DNA of 59,520 nucleotides, filler included, from 8 parts of 8 records of this genome joined end to end with filler, not necessarily neighbours in it; one strand, 5' to 3'. Shown: positions 1 to 11,293, numbered from the whole stretch's first letter. Made by a program: numbers and translations. The notes: generated by a model not told the origin, from the letters alone.

Positions 1-2
1 AA

Positions 3-595
3 AATGCTGACCCAGGCAGATTTCGCTGTCACGTTTTTTTTGAGGCTATCTACGGAGTACGTGAAGAGGATATCAAAAGGAGCCTGATCCAGGTTCCCTG
101 GGGCGACCAGATGCTGCCGTTTAGTCAAACAGCTGGCGCATCCGACAGCCTAGCTGCCGTCTCCAAAGAAATCACCACCCTGGCAACAGCGGATCCCATC
201 ATTCGCACCACCGTCTACCCGTCTGCCGGCACCTTCAATTATCGACTGGTTGCCCAAACTGATTACCTAAGTTTTCATGCCTACGGCATCGCCATCGACC
301 TCCATCCGGACGACCGGGATTACTGGCTGTGGGCAAACCAGTCACAGGGAAGCATGCGGCTTGGTGAGTACCCTGAGGAAGTTGTGGAAGTCTTTGAAAG
401 CCATGGCTTTATCTGGGGCGGCAAATGGCATCATTTTGATATTATGCACTACGAGTACCGGCCGGAGCTGCTCCTCAAGGCCTCGATGTTTTCCGGCAAA
501 ATAATCCCGGACGCCCCTGGTATATGGGTGCGGATCTATCTGACCGCAGAACGCTGTCTCTAATTTCATATATCGAATCTGTTTTTCAGGATTAG
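3..595 (+). CDS. M15-family (L-Ala-D-Glu / D-Ala-D-Ala) metallopeptidase, 5'-truncated, probable frameshift near 490-501
   Basis: The frame is open from base 3 (NADPGRFRCHVFFEAIYG). Motifs GTFNYR, SFHAYGIAIDL and FIWGGKWHHFDIMHYEYRPEL are present. The printed ORF stops at 563; the -1 frame continues QNNPGRPWYMGADLSD...FQD* to 595, which looks like the real C-terminus. Confidence 0.8.
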
Positions 596-710
596 ATCAC
601 TTGTTGATATAACCGCTTTTTAGTCTTATGATAATTACATATCCAGTTCTTTAACCAATCATAACAAATCGTCGGTTTGCATCTCGACGACCAAAGGAAA
701 GGATTCAGCG

Positions 711-2957
711 ATGAGTCAGAAATCAGATCGTGCAACCGGCGGCGGCATGACCAGAAAACAGGCACTCGAGCTGGCCGGCAAGCAAGATGAGACTGTTGTT
801 TCGACCTTTTGTGCCCTTTGCGGACCGTCCGCCGGATGCGGCATTCATGCCTTTGTCAGCGACGGCAAACTCCAGCGTGTTGCCGGCATGGCCGAATCTC
901 CCATCAATATGGGCAGCCTCTGTCCCAAGGGGCAGGCTTCAGCGCAATGGCTTTATTCGCCGGACCGGCTGACCAGTCCGTTGTTGCGCAAAGGTGCGAA
1001 GGGCGATGGTGATTTCATCAAGATTCCCTGGGATGAAGCGATCGGCCGCATCGCGGATAAACTCAAAGAGCAAAAAGATCGTTATGGTCCGGAATCCCTG
1101 GCTATCCTGTCGCCCGCCCGCAGATCCTACAGTGAACTGCTGCAGCGTTTCCTCATCGTCCATGGCAGTCCCAACTACGGTCACAGCGGCATCTGCATGA
1201 TGCAGCGGGCCTTTGCCTTCGGGTATACAATTGGTACGCCCATGCCGCAAAGCGACATCAAAAACGCAGACCTGATCATCTTCTGGGGACGCCAGCCGAT
1301 CTATTCAGGCCCAGCAACAGATACGTCGAGAAATCTGGTTGATGCCAGAAAGCGAGGGGCCCGTCTGGTCGCCATCAAGCCGTCCATGGAGCCGGATGCC
1401 GGCATGGCTGATTCGTGGTTGCCCATCCGGCCGGGTACAGACGCAGCCCTGGCGCTTGCCATGCTGCATGTCATCTTCGATGAAGACCTGATTGACAAGC
1501 CCTTTGTCGATCAGTGGTGCTACGGCACCGACCGGTTGCGAGAGCATATCCGGCAGTATTCGCCAGCCTGGGCAGAGACGATCACAGGGCTTCCTGCCAG
1601 CCAGATTGTAGAAACTGCCCGCCTTTATGCAACAACGCCGACAGCGGTCATTGATGTCGGAAACGGCCTTGAACACGCACCATCTGCCAACGATACGCTA
1701 CGGACCATTGCCATGATCATGGCCGTGACCGGACATCTCGACAGGCCGGGCTGCAATCTTCTGGGCGGACCGCCTGCAGGTATGCTGCAGCCTCGCACGG
1801 CCAACCTGTTTGAGCGCTATACGCCTGAACTGGTCGACAAGCTCGTCGCTCCGGAGTTCCCGAAGGCATTCCAGCCGTTCCAGGAAGGATCCACCTCGTC
1901 ATACTACGGTATTCTGGACAGTGTTATCACTCAAAAGCCGTATCCGATCCGTACCATCTTTGCCCCGGGGACCCAACCCCTGGTCAGCACGCGCGGATCG
2001 AGACGTGTCATGGAAGCCTTGAAGAAGGTTGACTTCTTTGTCTCAATCGATGTCACCCGGCCTGCTGAAATGCCTTTCGCCGACCTTATAATCCCCACTA
2101 CGACGCCGTACGAAACCGATCATCCATTCGAGATGCGGGGCAACTGGCTTATGGCCAGGAAGAGGGTTGTTGAACCGCTTGGCGACTACAAGTCCATCTA
2201 TGAGTTTTTCCTGGACCTGGGAGTCGCCATGGGTTATGGTGGTGACTTCTGGCACGGTGACATCAATGCCTACCAGAATTTCCTGCTTGAACCATTTGAT
2301 CTAACCATCGACCAACTGCGAGACCTGCCGACTGGCAAAGTCTTCCCGCGGCCGTCTGCCGGGCGGGTCTATGAAAATTATGAAGCCGCTTTCAGCATCA
2401 AGACCTGCCGTTTCGGCAATCCGCCATACCTGCCGCAAGGCAAGGTTGCCTTGTACAATACGACATTCGAGGCACTGGGCTATGCTCCGATGCCCCAGTG
2501 GACCGAACCGCCAGAGAGTTTGAGCGGCACGCCGGAACGAGTCCGGCGGTACCCCTTGATCCTGTCTGACTACCACACAGCCAAGGCTTACAATGCGGGC
2601 TGGCTGCGCAATGTTCCTGCCCTTCGAGAAGTATCTCCGGATCCTGCACTGCATATACATCCGGATACAGCTGAAGCGCGCGGTATCCAGGATGGTGAGT
2701 GGGTCAAGCTCGAATCACCCCATGGCTGGCTCAAGGTCAAGGCTGAGTACTTCCCCGGCATCCGGCCGGATACGGTCATGATGCTGCATGGCTGGTGGCA
2801 GGGATGCTCGGAACTCGGAAAAGCAGATCTGCCGCTTCTTGACGGCGGCGCCAACGTCAACCTGCTCTACAGTGTTGATCTCGAAAAAGCCTGTGATCCC
2901 CTGATCACAGCCATGAGCAGCCAAACCCTGGTGGAGGTGTCGCGCTATGAAGGATAG
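711..2957 (+). CDS. Molybdopterin-dependent oxidoreductase (DMSO reductase superfamily, MopB), catalytic subunit
   Basis: N-terminal CALCGPSAGCG...LCPKG Fe-S motif, RLTSPL, PIRPGTDAALAL, ADLIIP, and C-terminal IHPDTAEARGI..GEWV and HGWW motifs. RBS GGAAAGGA. Confidence 0.92.
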   Translation: MSQKSDRATGGGMTRKQALELAGKQDETVVSTFCALCGPSAGCGIHAFVSDGKLQRVAGMAESPINMGSLCPKGQASAQWLYSPDRLTSPLLRKGAKGDGDFIKIPWDEAIGRIADKLKEQKDRYGPESLAILSPARRSYSELLQRFLIVHGSPNYGHSGICMMQRAFAFGYTIGTPMPQSDIKNADLIIFWGRQPIYSGPATDTSRNLVDARKRGARLVAIKPSMEPDAGMADSWLPIRPGTDAALALAMLHVIFDEDLIDKPFVDQWCYGTDRLREHIRQYSPAWAETITGLPASQIVETARLYATTPTAVIDVGNGLEHAPSANDTLRTIAMIMAVTGHLDRPGCNLLGGPPAGMLQPRTANLFERYTPELVDKLVAPEFPKAFQPFQEGSTSSYYGILDSVITQKPYPIRTIFAPGTQPLVSTRGSRRVMEALKKVDFFVSIDVTRPAEMPFADLIIPTTTPYETDHPFEMRGNWLMARKRVVEPLGDYKSIYEFFLDLGVAMGYGGDFWHGDINAYQNFLLEPFDLTIDQLRDLPTGKVFPRPSAGRVYENYEAAFSIKTCRFGNPPYLPQGKVALYNTTFEALGYAPMPQWTEPPESLSGTPERVRRYPLILSDYHTAKAYNAGWLRNVPALREVSPDPALHIHPDTAEARGIQDGEWVKLESPHGWLKVKAEYFPGIRPDTVMMLHGWWQGCSELGKADLPLLDGGANVNLLYSVDLEKACDPLITAMSSQTLVEVSRYEG

Positions 2958-3459
2958 GCAGTGGGGATTCATCTTCGATCAGCAGAGCTGTATCCAGTGC
3001 CATGCCTGCGAGGTCGCCTGCAAAAGCTGGCGCAACCTCGCAACTGGCCTGAGCTACAGACGCGTCCTGGTTGTATGGGACGGTCAGTACCCTGATACTG
3101 AAAACAGATCCCTGGCATTGTCCTGCATGCATTGTGTCGACCCGGCCTGCGTACCCGCCTGTCCGAGCCAGGCTATCCAAAAGGATCCCGTAACGGGTCA
3201 GGTTGAAGTTGAACCGGATCTGTGCACCGGGTGCCGGGCATGCCTCAAGGCCTGTCCATTTAATGTGCCGCAGTTTGGTGAGAACAGCATCATGGAAAAA
3301 TGCGATCTGTGCCTGGACGAGACCGGAAACGGACAGATACCACCGCCTTGTGTGCTAACCTGTCCGACAGGAGCCCTGGATCTTAGTCAAATGACCCAAG
3401 ACGAAAAAGCTAAAGCGGAATCGTTCGTATCGGTTGCGCTGCAGAAGGTACGGCCATGA
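2947..3459 (+). CDS. 4Fe-4S dicluster electron-transfer subunit (DmsB/NrfC-like)
   Basis: CIQCHACEVAC, CMHCVDPACVPACP, CTGCRACLKACP and KCDLC...PPCVLTCP motifs; overlaps the end of the upstream gene. Confidence 0.93.
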   Translation: MKDRQWGFIFDQQSCIQCHACEVACKSWRNLATGLSYRRVLVVWDGQYPDTENRSLALSCMHCVDPACVPACPSQAIQKDPVTGQVEVEPDLCTGCRACLKACPFNVPQFGENSIMEKCDLCLDETGNGQIPPPCVLTCPTGALDLSQMTQDEKAKAESFVSVALQKVRP

Positions 3460-3497
3460 TATAATGACAGCAAAAACCATAACGTACGAGGTATGGT

Positions 3498-4544
3498 ATG
3501 CTGCCGCGAGAATCTGAATATACAATGCCCGCCGAATGGCACTCTCACCAGCGTACACTGGTCGCTTGGCCTGTCCGCGAATCAATGTGTCACCCTGAAA
3601 ATTATAATCTTGTTATAAGCTGGTACGAACGGCTTGTTCTCGCGATCAGTCATTTCGAGCCGGTTACGGTGATTGTCAACCCCGGCCAGCAGCAGGCTGT
3701 CGCCAGCCGCTTCAGGAAGGTCGAGGCCCATCAGCAGGTCGAGATCCTTTCCATAGCCCATAATGATGCATGGATTCGAGATAACGGCCCGACAATGGTC
3801 ATTGGTGAAGGCGGGGGTATCGCGGGTATCAACTGGCGCTTCAACGCCTGGGGCGAAAAATACGCGCCCTGGGATCTGGATGACGCTGTTTCACCGGCAG
3901 TCCTGCAGCATTTCGGCGTCCGCTGTTTCAACGCCCCCTTGGTCATGGAGGGCGGATCAGTCCATGTGGACGGCGAAGGTACGCTTCTGACAACTGAAGA
4001 GTGCCTTTTAAATCCGAACCGCAATCCAGCCTTGTCTAAACAGGCAATTGAGCAGCTACTGGGTGATTACCTCGGCGTCGCCAGGATCATCTGGCTGAAA
4101 AGAGGGCTCGCCGGGGATGAAACAGACGGCCATATCGATAACATCGCCTGCTTCGCCGCACCCGGCAAAGTCCTGATCCAGACATGTCATGATCCAGATG
4201 ACGGCAATGAGCGAATTAGCCAGGAAAACCTGGACATCCTTCGCAGTGCAACAGATGCCCGGGGACGCTCTCTGGAAGTCATCCAGATTGCCCAGCCTCC
4301 GCGGCAGGAGCAATATGGCAAGCGCCTGACACTCAGCTACCTGAATTTCTACTTCGTCAACGGCGGCATCATTTTACCGGTCTTCGGCGGCTCAGCTGCC
4401 CAGACAGACAGGCTCGCGGTCCAAACGTTATCGAGCTTGTACCCGGATCGCCAGATCGATACCATTGATGGCATGCCAATCATCGCCGAGGGCGGCAACG
4501 TACACTGCACGACCCAGCAAATGCCGGAGGGAGCAACCATATGA
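3498..4544 (+). CDS. aguA: Agmatine deiminase
   Basis: MPAEW, DAWIRDNGP, FNAWG, EGGS, TDGHID and catalytic GGNVHCTTQQ motifs. Confidence 0.95.
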   Translation: MLPRESEYTMPAEWHSHQRTLVAWPVRESMCHPENYNLVISWYERLVLAISHFEPVTVIVNPGQQQAVASRFRKVEAHQQVEILSIAHNDAWIRDNGPTMVIGEGGGIAGINWRFNAWGEKYAPWDLDDAVSPAVLQHFGVRCFNAPLVMEGGSVHVDGEGTLLTTEECLLNPNRNPALSKQAIEQLLGDYLGVARIIWLKRGLAGDETDGHIDNIACFAAPGKVLIQTCHDPDDGNERISQENLDILRSATDARGRSLEVIQIAQPPRQEQYGKRLTLSYLNFYFVNGGIILPVFGGSAAQTDRLAVQTLSSLYPDRQIDTIDGMPIIAEGGNVHCTTQQMPEGATI

Positions 4545-5427
4545 GACCTGTCACCGTCGCAGCCATCCAGATGAGCTGCACCGACCAGTCAGATGAGAAC
4601 ATCGCCAAGGCCGACCACCTCATTCGCCAGGCTGCCCAAGACGGCGCCCAGGTTATCTTGCTGCAGGAGCTGTTTGAAACCCTTATTTCTGCCAGACGGA
4701 AAAGTCTGACAATTATGCCGCCGCCAAACCCACAGCGGATAATCCCGCCGTCGCGCACTTTGCCAGGGTCGCACGTGAATTATCGGTTGTCCTGCCGATC
4801 AGTTTTTATGAAAAGAAAAACAACGCACGCTACAACAGCGTCGCCATGATCGATGCCGATGGCGAGATCCTCGGCGTGTACCGCAAAAGCCATATTCCAG
4901 ACGGCCCTGGTTACGAAGAAAAATTCTATTTCAACCCAGGCGATACCGGCTTCAAGGTCTGGTCGACCCGCTACGGCAGCATTGGCATCGGTATCTGCTG
5001 GGACCAGTGGTTCCCTGAAGCAGCACGCATCATGGCCCTGATGGGTGCCGAGATGATTTTATATCCGACTGCTATCGGCAGCGAGCCGCTGGACAGCTCG
5101 ATCGACTCGAAGGACCACTGGCAGGCCTGCATGCTTGGACATGCCGCAGCCAATCTCGTGCCGGTCATAGCGTCCAACCGGGTTGGCGTTGAAACGGATG
5201 CCGATTCCCAGATCACGTTCTACGGCTCATCTTTCATTGCAGGTCCTAATGGCCAGTTGATAGAGCAAGCCGACCGCGAATCGGAGACCATCCTGGTCCA
5301 CACCTTTGATCTGGACCAGTTGGCTGCAGAGCGAGCTGAATGGGGGATTTTCCGAGATCGAAGACCGGACCTGTACCGGCTGATCACAAGTTACGATGGC
5401 GAGAATCCGTTAGAGGGCAACCCTTAA
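4541..5427 (+). CDS. aguB: N-carbamoylputrescine amidase, split by a 1-nt deletion at C3 4680-4682
   Basis: The first half (VAAIQMSC...LLQELFET) joins in the -1 frame to YFCQTEK...VVLPISFYEK...YNSVAMIDADG, YRKSHIPDGPGYEEKFYF and ICWDQWFPE. The nitrilase triad E-K-C is intact after repair. Confidence 0.9.
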
Positions 5428-5445
5428 CTATTTATGCCTCAATAT

Positions 5446-6336
5446 TCATGTCCAGTGATAATATTCTTTTTCTGAACTGTAGGTACTGTATGGTATTAGT
5501 TTTTCTTTTTGTAGCCGCCCGATAACAATGTAGGGCTTAACGCTATTCTTTGCTGCAAATTTCTTGATCAAATTTAGATCATCGTATGCTTTTTGGTCAA
5601 CAAATTGTCGATATGATGATTCATCCAGCAGCATCTGTCCAGCCAATTCATTCGCTCTGATCTCCTGTGGATTATCCGGACCATTATCGTAATCAATTAA
5701 TCGCTTCCTAATATCACCATTGATAATATGTGCGACTTCATGCATCAGCGCAAACCAGAATATATCCGCCTGTGCATGCCGTATTGTCATGATCACGCTT
5801 AAGCTGCCGTCACTATTTCGGGTTATCAGACCCTGTACAGGTGCGCCTTTAAAATGCTTTACAACGACGAACTTAATGCCACACTGTGCAAATATCTCTG
5901 ATAGTTTGTCCAGCCACTGTTGTGGCGGCTCAAACATTTGGCTCTTAATTTTGTCAATACTGTTTATTAAGTAATCAACATCAACTAACTTGTCTAGCTC
6001 AATTCGCTCAGTGAAGAGTTCACTCATTCTAAGCCATGCAAACATGACGTATGGATCAACCTTTGAGTGTTGAGCAATTCGGAAAGCTCCTGTTTTAGCT
6101 ATAACAGGTATTGCGTCAATCGAACTGATCCTCAAAAGCCTTCTAAGACTGATAACATTTAAAACTGAGTCGGATGTTTTTTGCAGAAAACCGTATTCGA
6201 CTAAATGATGAATGATATCTTTTAGTTTCCCAACGGTTTGAATCTCAGATTCTGTTATATGATTCAGCTCCTCTAAACCAGCCATCTCACGATCATAATT
6301 CCCCTGCAGATTAATCCAGAAGCTTGAATCGATTCC
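5446..6336 (-). CDS. HigA-type HTH antitoxin fused to ImmA/IrrE-family metallopeptidase domain, N-terminus truncated by contig end
   Basis: The frame is open to the contig end with GIDSSFWINLQGNYDRE (HigA signature). The C-terminal part has DIFWFALMHEVAH (HExxH) and E.RAN.LA. Confidence 0.85.
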   Translation of the reverse strand, partial: GIDSSFWINLQGNYDREMAGLEELNHITESEIQTVGKLKDIIHHLVEYGFLQKTSDSVLNVISLRRLLRISSIDAIPVIAKTGAFRIAQHSKVDPYVMFAWLRMSELFTERIELDKLVDVDYLINSIDKIKSQMFEPPQQWLDKLSEIFAQCGIKFVVVKHFKGAPVQGLITRNSDGSLSVIMTIRHAQADIFWFALMHEVAHIINGDIRKRLIDYDNGPDNPQEIRANELAGQMLLDESSYRQFVDQKAYDDLNLIKKFAAKNSVKPYIVIGRLQKEKLIPYSTYSSEKEYYHWT

Positions 6337-6436
6337 NNNNNNNNNNNNNNNNNNNNNNNNNNNNNNNNNNNNNNNNNNNNTTAATTAATTAANNNNNNNN
6401 NNNNNNNNNNNNNNNNNNNNNNNNNNNNNNNNNNNN
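6337..6436. other. Artificial contig linker
   Basis: N44-TTAATTAATTAA-N44, with stops in all six frames. Confidence 0.99.
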
Positions 6437-6713
6437 GCGCGGAAAAATGTGCGGCGCAAAACGCAATTATGATACCGCTTGCAAAAGAAATAATGAGACC
6501 AAGGGCAACGCGGTAGAACGTAAACGCGACACTTAGCCAAAAACTGCTTGTGCTGAGAAGCTGCCAAAGCGACACAAACGTTTCGGCTGGTGACGGCAGA
6601 AACAACGACTGGTTAACAAGCATTGAGGCACCCTGCCATAATGCAACCCATATGATGATAACGAGCAGTGTGCTGCTAAGATGCTTGACACGGCTGGTTT
6701 TTGTATTCGGCAT
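6437..6713 (-). CDS. ABC transporter permease (NitT/TauT/SsuC type), partial
   Basis: IIIWVALWQ...LFLPSPAETF...TFYRVALGLIISFASG; GGAG RBS before the ATG at 6713. Confidence 0.8.
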
Positions 6714-6830
6714 ATAAAATGCTCCATCTATTAATTTAAGCAGATTATAACATACTATGTTCGGTATGTATATTTCATATTGAATGATAGCCCCGAGTTT
6801 AGTATGATATGTACAAGACGGAGGACACGA

Positions 6831-9800
6831 ATGGATTTCACGCATTTACATCTGCATACGGAATACAGTTTGCTGGACGGCGCGGCACGCATCGGCGATG
6901 TTGTCGACCGCGCAAAACAGCTTGGCATGAGCAGCGTCGCGATTACAGATCACGGTGCGCTATACGGCGTTGTCGATTTTTATCGCAAAGCGGTAGCTGC
7001 GGGCATCAAACCCATCATCGGTTGTGAGGTATACGTGGCGCCGGGAGAGCTTACCAACAAAACAAAAGCCATGAAGGAATATTCGCACCTCGTTCTTCTT
7101 GCGAAAAACAACGAAGGATACAAAAACCTGATGCGGCTCTCGTCTATCGCGTTCACAAAAGGGTTCTATCGCAAACCTCGCATAGACTATGACGTGCTGG
7201 AGGAGCACAAGGACGGTCTGGTGTGCCTATCTGCGTGTCTGGCGGGCGATATACCGCGCATGATCTTAAGCGGTAATATTGAGGGCGCAGAAAAATTGGC
7301 TGTGCGGCTTAAGCGTGTATTTGGCGAAGACTTCTATCTAGAGTTGCAGGATCATTTTCTGCCCGAACAAAAGGAAGTCAATGCGGCGCTTATAGGCATG
7401 GGCGAACGGCTTGGGATATCGCTGGTCGCGACGAATGACGTTCACTATACAAATGGTGAGGATGCCGAAGCACAGGACGTGCTGTTGTGCATTCAGACGA
7501 GATCATATGTTGAAGACGCGAACAGAATGCGGTTTGGCACAAACGAGTTTTATATGAAAAGCGGCGAAGAGATGGCTAAGCTGTTTACGCATGTGCCTCA
7601 AGCGATTGCCAACACGCAGGAGATCGCCGATAAATGCAATGTGCAGATGGATTTTAGCAAGACGCATCTTCCCGAATTTGATGTGCCAAAAGGTATCACC
7701 CACATCGATTATCTTAAGAAGATATGCTTTGAGAATCTGCATAAGAGATACGACACGGTGACAGATGCGCTGAATGAACGGCTGGAACATGAGCTTGGCG
7801 TCATCGACAACATGGGCTTTACCGACTATTTTCTGATAGTGTGGGATTTCATAAGGTACGCGCGCGATAACGGCATTATGGTCGGGCCGGGGCGCGGCAG
7901 TGCGGCGGGGTCACTTGCGGCATATGTGCTGCGTATTACGGACATCGACCCGATAGAATATTCACTGCTGTTCGAGCGGTTTCTTAATCCAGAGCGCATC
8001 AGCATGCCTGATATAGATATTGACTTTTGTATCGAAAGACGGCAGGAAGTCATTGATTACGTTGTAGATAAATACGGCGCGGACAAGGTGGCGCAGATCA
8101 TCACGTTTGGAACGCTTGGTGCGAAGCAAGTAATACGCGACGTGGCTAGGGCACAAAAGGTGCCGCTGTCCGACGCAGACCGAATCGCGAAGATGATTCC
8201 GTTTGCGCTGAAAATGACGATAGAAAAGGCGATGGATCAAAACGCGCGGCTGAGGATCGAGTATGACACAAAGCCGGAGATCAAAAAGCTGATAGATACC
8301 GCCAGAAAGCTGGAGGGTATACCGCGGCACGCGTCGACGCATGCGGCTGGCGTGGTCATCTCTAAGCTGCCAATCACAGAATATGTGCCGTTGCAGATTA
8401 ACCCGCGCGACGGCAGTGTTATCACGCAGTTTCCAATGAACACGCTGGAGAGTCTTGGGCTGCTCAAGATGGATTTTCTTGGTCTGAGGAATTTGACGGT
8501 TATACGGCACACACTGGAGATGGTTAAGCAAACACGCGGCGAGGATATTGATATCGAAGCGCTGAGGTTCAACGATATGGATGTGTTTAAGCTGATTGCG
8601 TCGGGCGATACAGACGGCGTGTTTCAGCTTGAGAGCGCGGGCATGCGCAACCTGATGCAGAAGCTGAAACCAACGAGCCTTGGCGATATCATGGTCGGAA
8701 TATCTCTCTATCGCCCGGGGCCGATGGATTCGATACCGGCGTATCTTGAAGCCAAAGCAAACCCGGACAAGTTAAATTACGCCCACCCGAGGCTCAAACG
8801 CATATTGAAAGAAACGCACGGTTCCATGGTCTATCAAGAACAGGTGATGGAGATCGTGCGCGATCTTGCGGGATATTCTATGGGGCGCAGCGATCTCGTG
8901 CGCCGTGCAATGGCCAAAAAGAAAAAAGAAGTGATGGAGAAAGAGCGTCGCGTTTTCGTGTTCGGCGATGACGAAAGCGGTGTGCCGGGCGCGGTCAAGC
9001 GCGGTGTGCCTGCAAAGGTTGCAGAGGCGATATTTTCGCAGATGATGGACTTTGCGGAGTATGCGTTCAACAAATCGCATGCGTGTGCATATGCCGCCAT
9101 CTCGTATCATACAGCGTATCTTAAGTACTATTACAAGGTCGAGTATATGACAGCACTGCTCAACAGCTTTATCGGCACGCCCGACAAGATATCGGCGTAC
9201 ATACAATATTGTGTCAGTTCGGGCATAAAGCTGTTGATGCCGGACGTTAACAAGTCGCAATACCTTTTTTCGGTAGAGGGCGACGGTATCCGTTTTGGGT
9301 TTGCGGCAATCCGCGATGTCGGAAGAGCATCTGAGGAAATTGTGGAAGAGCGTAAAAATGGAGAATATAAGACGTTTCGGGCGTTCATCAACCGCACTGT
9401 AGGCGCTGTCAACAAAAAAATGCTGGAAGGGATGATCCTTGCTGGGTGTTTCGACAGCCTGGGGCTGAAGCGATCGCAGCTTATGACGGTGTGCGAGCGC
9501 GTATTGAAGTCGGCTCAGGACGCAAGCAGAAACAATGTGGAGGGTCAGATATCGCTTTTTGATGCGCATCCGGAAATGAGCACCGGTGACGTTGATGATT
9601 ATCAAGACACAGACGAATATATGACGGATAAGCTGTTGGCGATGGAAAAGGTGGCAACGGGGGTATATCTGTCCGGCCATCCGCTTGACGACATAAAGGA
9701 TGTTCTGGAAGCGCGCGATATCAACATATTCAAAATATTGTCCGCAACCGAGGATGCGGAATCTGCTAAGTTTTTTGAATCGCGCGTTGTCGAGCTGATT

Positions 9801-10270
9801 GGCATCATAAGCAGTATAAAACGGCGCTCGACCAAGCAAAAGAAGCTGATGGCCAATGCGCTGTTGGAAGATCTATTCGGTACAATAGAGGTGGTCATAT
9901 TCCCAAACGTGTTTCAACGCTATGAGCTGATGCTCGTCAACGATTCTATAGTGCGCGTCACAGGCAAGGTGGATATTCGAGAAAATGAAGCGCCACAGCT
10001 GCTGGTAGAAAGCATTGCGCCGTATGTGCAGAGGACAACAGCTTTGCAGGAAAGCGGCTTAATGTACGCATTCCTCGTGACATGGGTGATGATAAAACAC
10101 GGTTGATGCAGATATTGAAGACATCGCCGGGCGATGAAGGCGTGTCGGTGCTTGTGGAAGCAACGGGAGAGCGAATAAGGACGCGGGGGAGTCTTGCGGT
10201 AACGCTGACAAAAACACTCGTCGGCAGTCTTGCTGCAACGTTTGGACGCGAGAATGTCGTTGTAAAATAA
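6831..10270 (+). CDS. dnaE: DNA polymerase III alpha subunit, 1-nt deletion near 10028
   Basis: HLHLHTEYSLLDG PHP motif, GRGSAAGS, PDIDID, LLKMDFLGL and FNKSHA. GGAGG RBS before the ATG at 6831. The C-terminal domain (AEDNSFAGKRLNVRIP...FGRENVVVK) continues in the -1 frame to 10270. Confidence 0.95.
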
Positions 10271-10351
10271 GCATAGCGTCTATTGCTGATGAACAATTAA
10301 TGTGATAAAATAATAACAACAAAGCAGACAGTAATGATCGGAGCATTTATT

Positions 10352-10588
10352 ATGGATATTAACGATACAAAGCAGGATTATATCATCATCAAGGCGCTAG
10401 AGAATGGTGTCAATATCATTGGCATGACACGTGGGAGAGACACGCGTCTGCATCATACAGAAAAGCTTGACAAGGGCGAAGTGATGGTCGCTCAGTTTAC
10501 AGAAAACACTTCTGCGATAAAGATTCGCGGCAATGCACAGATAAACTCTGCGTACGGTGTTGTTTTCTCAGGAGAAGCAGAATCATAA
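10352..10588 (+). CDS. mtrB: trp RNA-binding attenuation protein (TRAP)
   Basis: [47 protein letters not shown]; lies directly after dnaE. Confidence 0.95.
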   Translation: MDINDTKQDYIIIKALENGVNIIGMTRGRDTRLHHTEKLDKGEVMVAQFTENTSAIKIRGNAQINSAYGVVFSGEAES

Positions 10589-10599
10589 GGAGAAGCACA

Positions 10600-10797
10600 A
10601 TGTGGATCGTGGTGAGAATGGCAAGTAACCTTGCGATGGCAAAAGATATGCAAACAGCACTTGAAGCCGAAGGGCTTCTTGTTAAGATGCAAGATATTAG
10701 CGGCGCCGCAAAACGCAAAAAAAACACATTTGAAGTGCTTGTATTAGAGTCTGAGTTTGATTCGGCAGGAGAGATACTGCGCGAAAATGGGTTTTGA
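10600..10797 (+). CDS. Small conserved protein (DUF2007-like putative signal-transducing protein)
   Basis: AGGAG RBS; pattern A..MQ..LEAEGLLVK...FEVLVLESE...A.EIL. Confidence 0.6.
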   Translation: MWIVVRMASNLAMAKDMQTALEAEGLLVKMQDISGAAKRKKNTFEVLVLESEFDSAGEILRENGF

Positions 10798-10858
10798 TTT
10801 TTGATGAGGCTTATACCAAAGGGTTGAGGGATCTTAAATCTTTGTGGGAGGACAGAAC

Positions 10859-11272
10859 ATGGCGATTGTAGAGTGCAAAGTGCGCGTTCGATATTCTGAG
10901 GTTGGAAGGCAGGGGTTTGCAAACCACGCCATCTATTTCAACTGGTTTGATGTAGCGCTCGAAGAGTTGATTAGCAACTGCGGCATGAGTTATAAAGACA
11001 TTGAAGATCTTGGCTTTTTGTTTGCGCCCGTTGTCGATCAATGCCAATTCAGGCATCCGGCAAAGTATAACGATGTGTTGACCATAAGGCTGTCGGTGTC
11101 GGATATCAGCTCTGTTAAAGTCAGTTTTGCTTATGAGATATTCCGCGAAAAGGATGCGGTCATCATCGCAACAGGCAAGACAAACCATGTGTTTGTGGAT
11201 TCAAGCTTTCGTCCACATTCGATAAAGAAAGTTGTGCCAAGGTTGTATGACACGATTAAAGGCATGTTATAG
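10859..11272 (+). CDS. Hot-dog-fold acyl-CoA thioesterase (YbgC/FadM family)
   Basis: RVRYSE..QG..NHAIYFNWF...C.FRHPAKYND..ATGKT.HVFVD; GGAGG RBS. Confidence 0.85.
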   Translation: MAIVECKVRVRYSEVGRQGFANHAIYFNWFDVALEELISNCGMSYKDIEDLGFLFAPVVDQCQFRHPAKYNDVLTIRLSVSDISSVKVSFAYEIFREKDAVIIATGKTNHVFVDSSFRPHSIKKVVPRLYDTIKGML

Positions 11273-11293
11273 AGCGCATAGTTTTGGATACTG

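Noticed and set aside
4541-4849. aguB as two genes or a true pseudogene
   Set aside because: A single C restores ETPYFCQ and a full-length enzyme with no other lesions.
8772-9839. 355-aa antisense ORF inside dnaE, and similar shadow ORFs opposite NRPS, fliK and flgE
   Set aside because: No recognisable motifs or RBS; expected from codon bias on the coding strand.
10082-10270. Separate 62-aa gene after dnaE
   Set aside because: It is the frameshifted C-terminal domain of DnaE.
10271-10860. TRAP-binding (G/U)AG repeat array near mtrB
   Set aside because: No regularly spaced NAG triplet run is visible.
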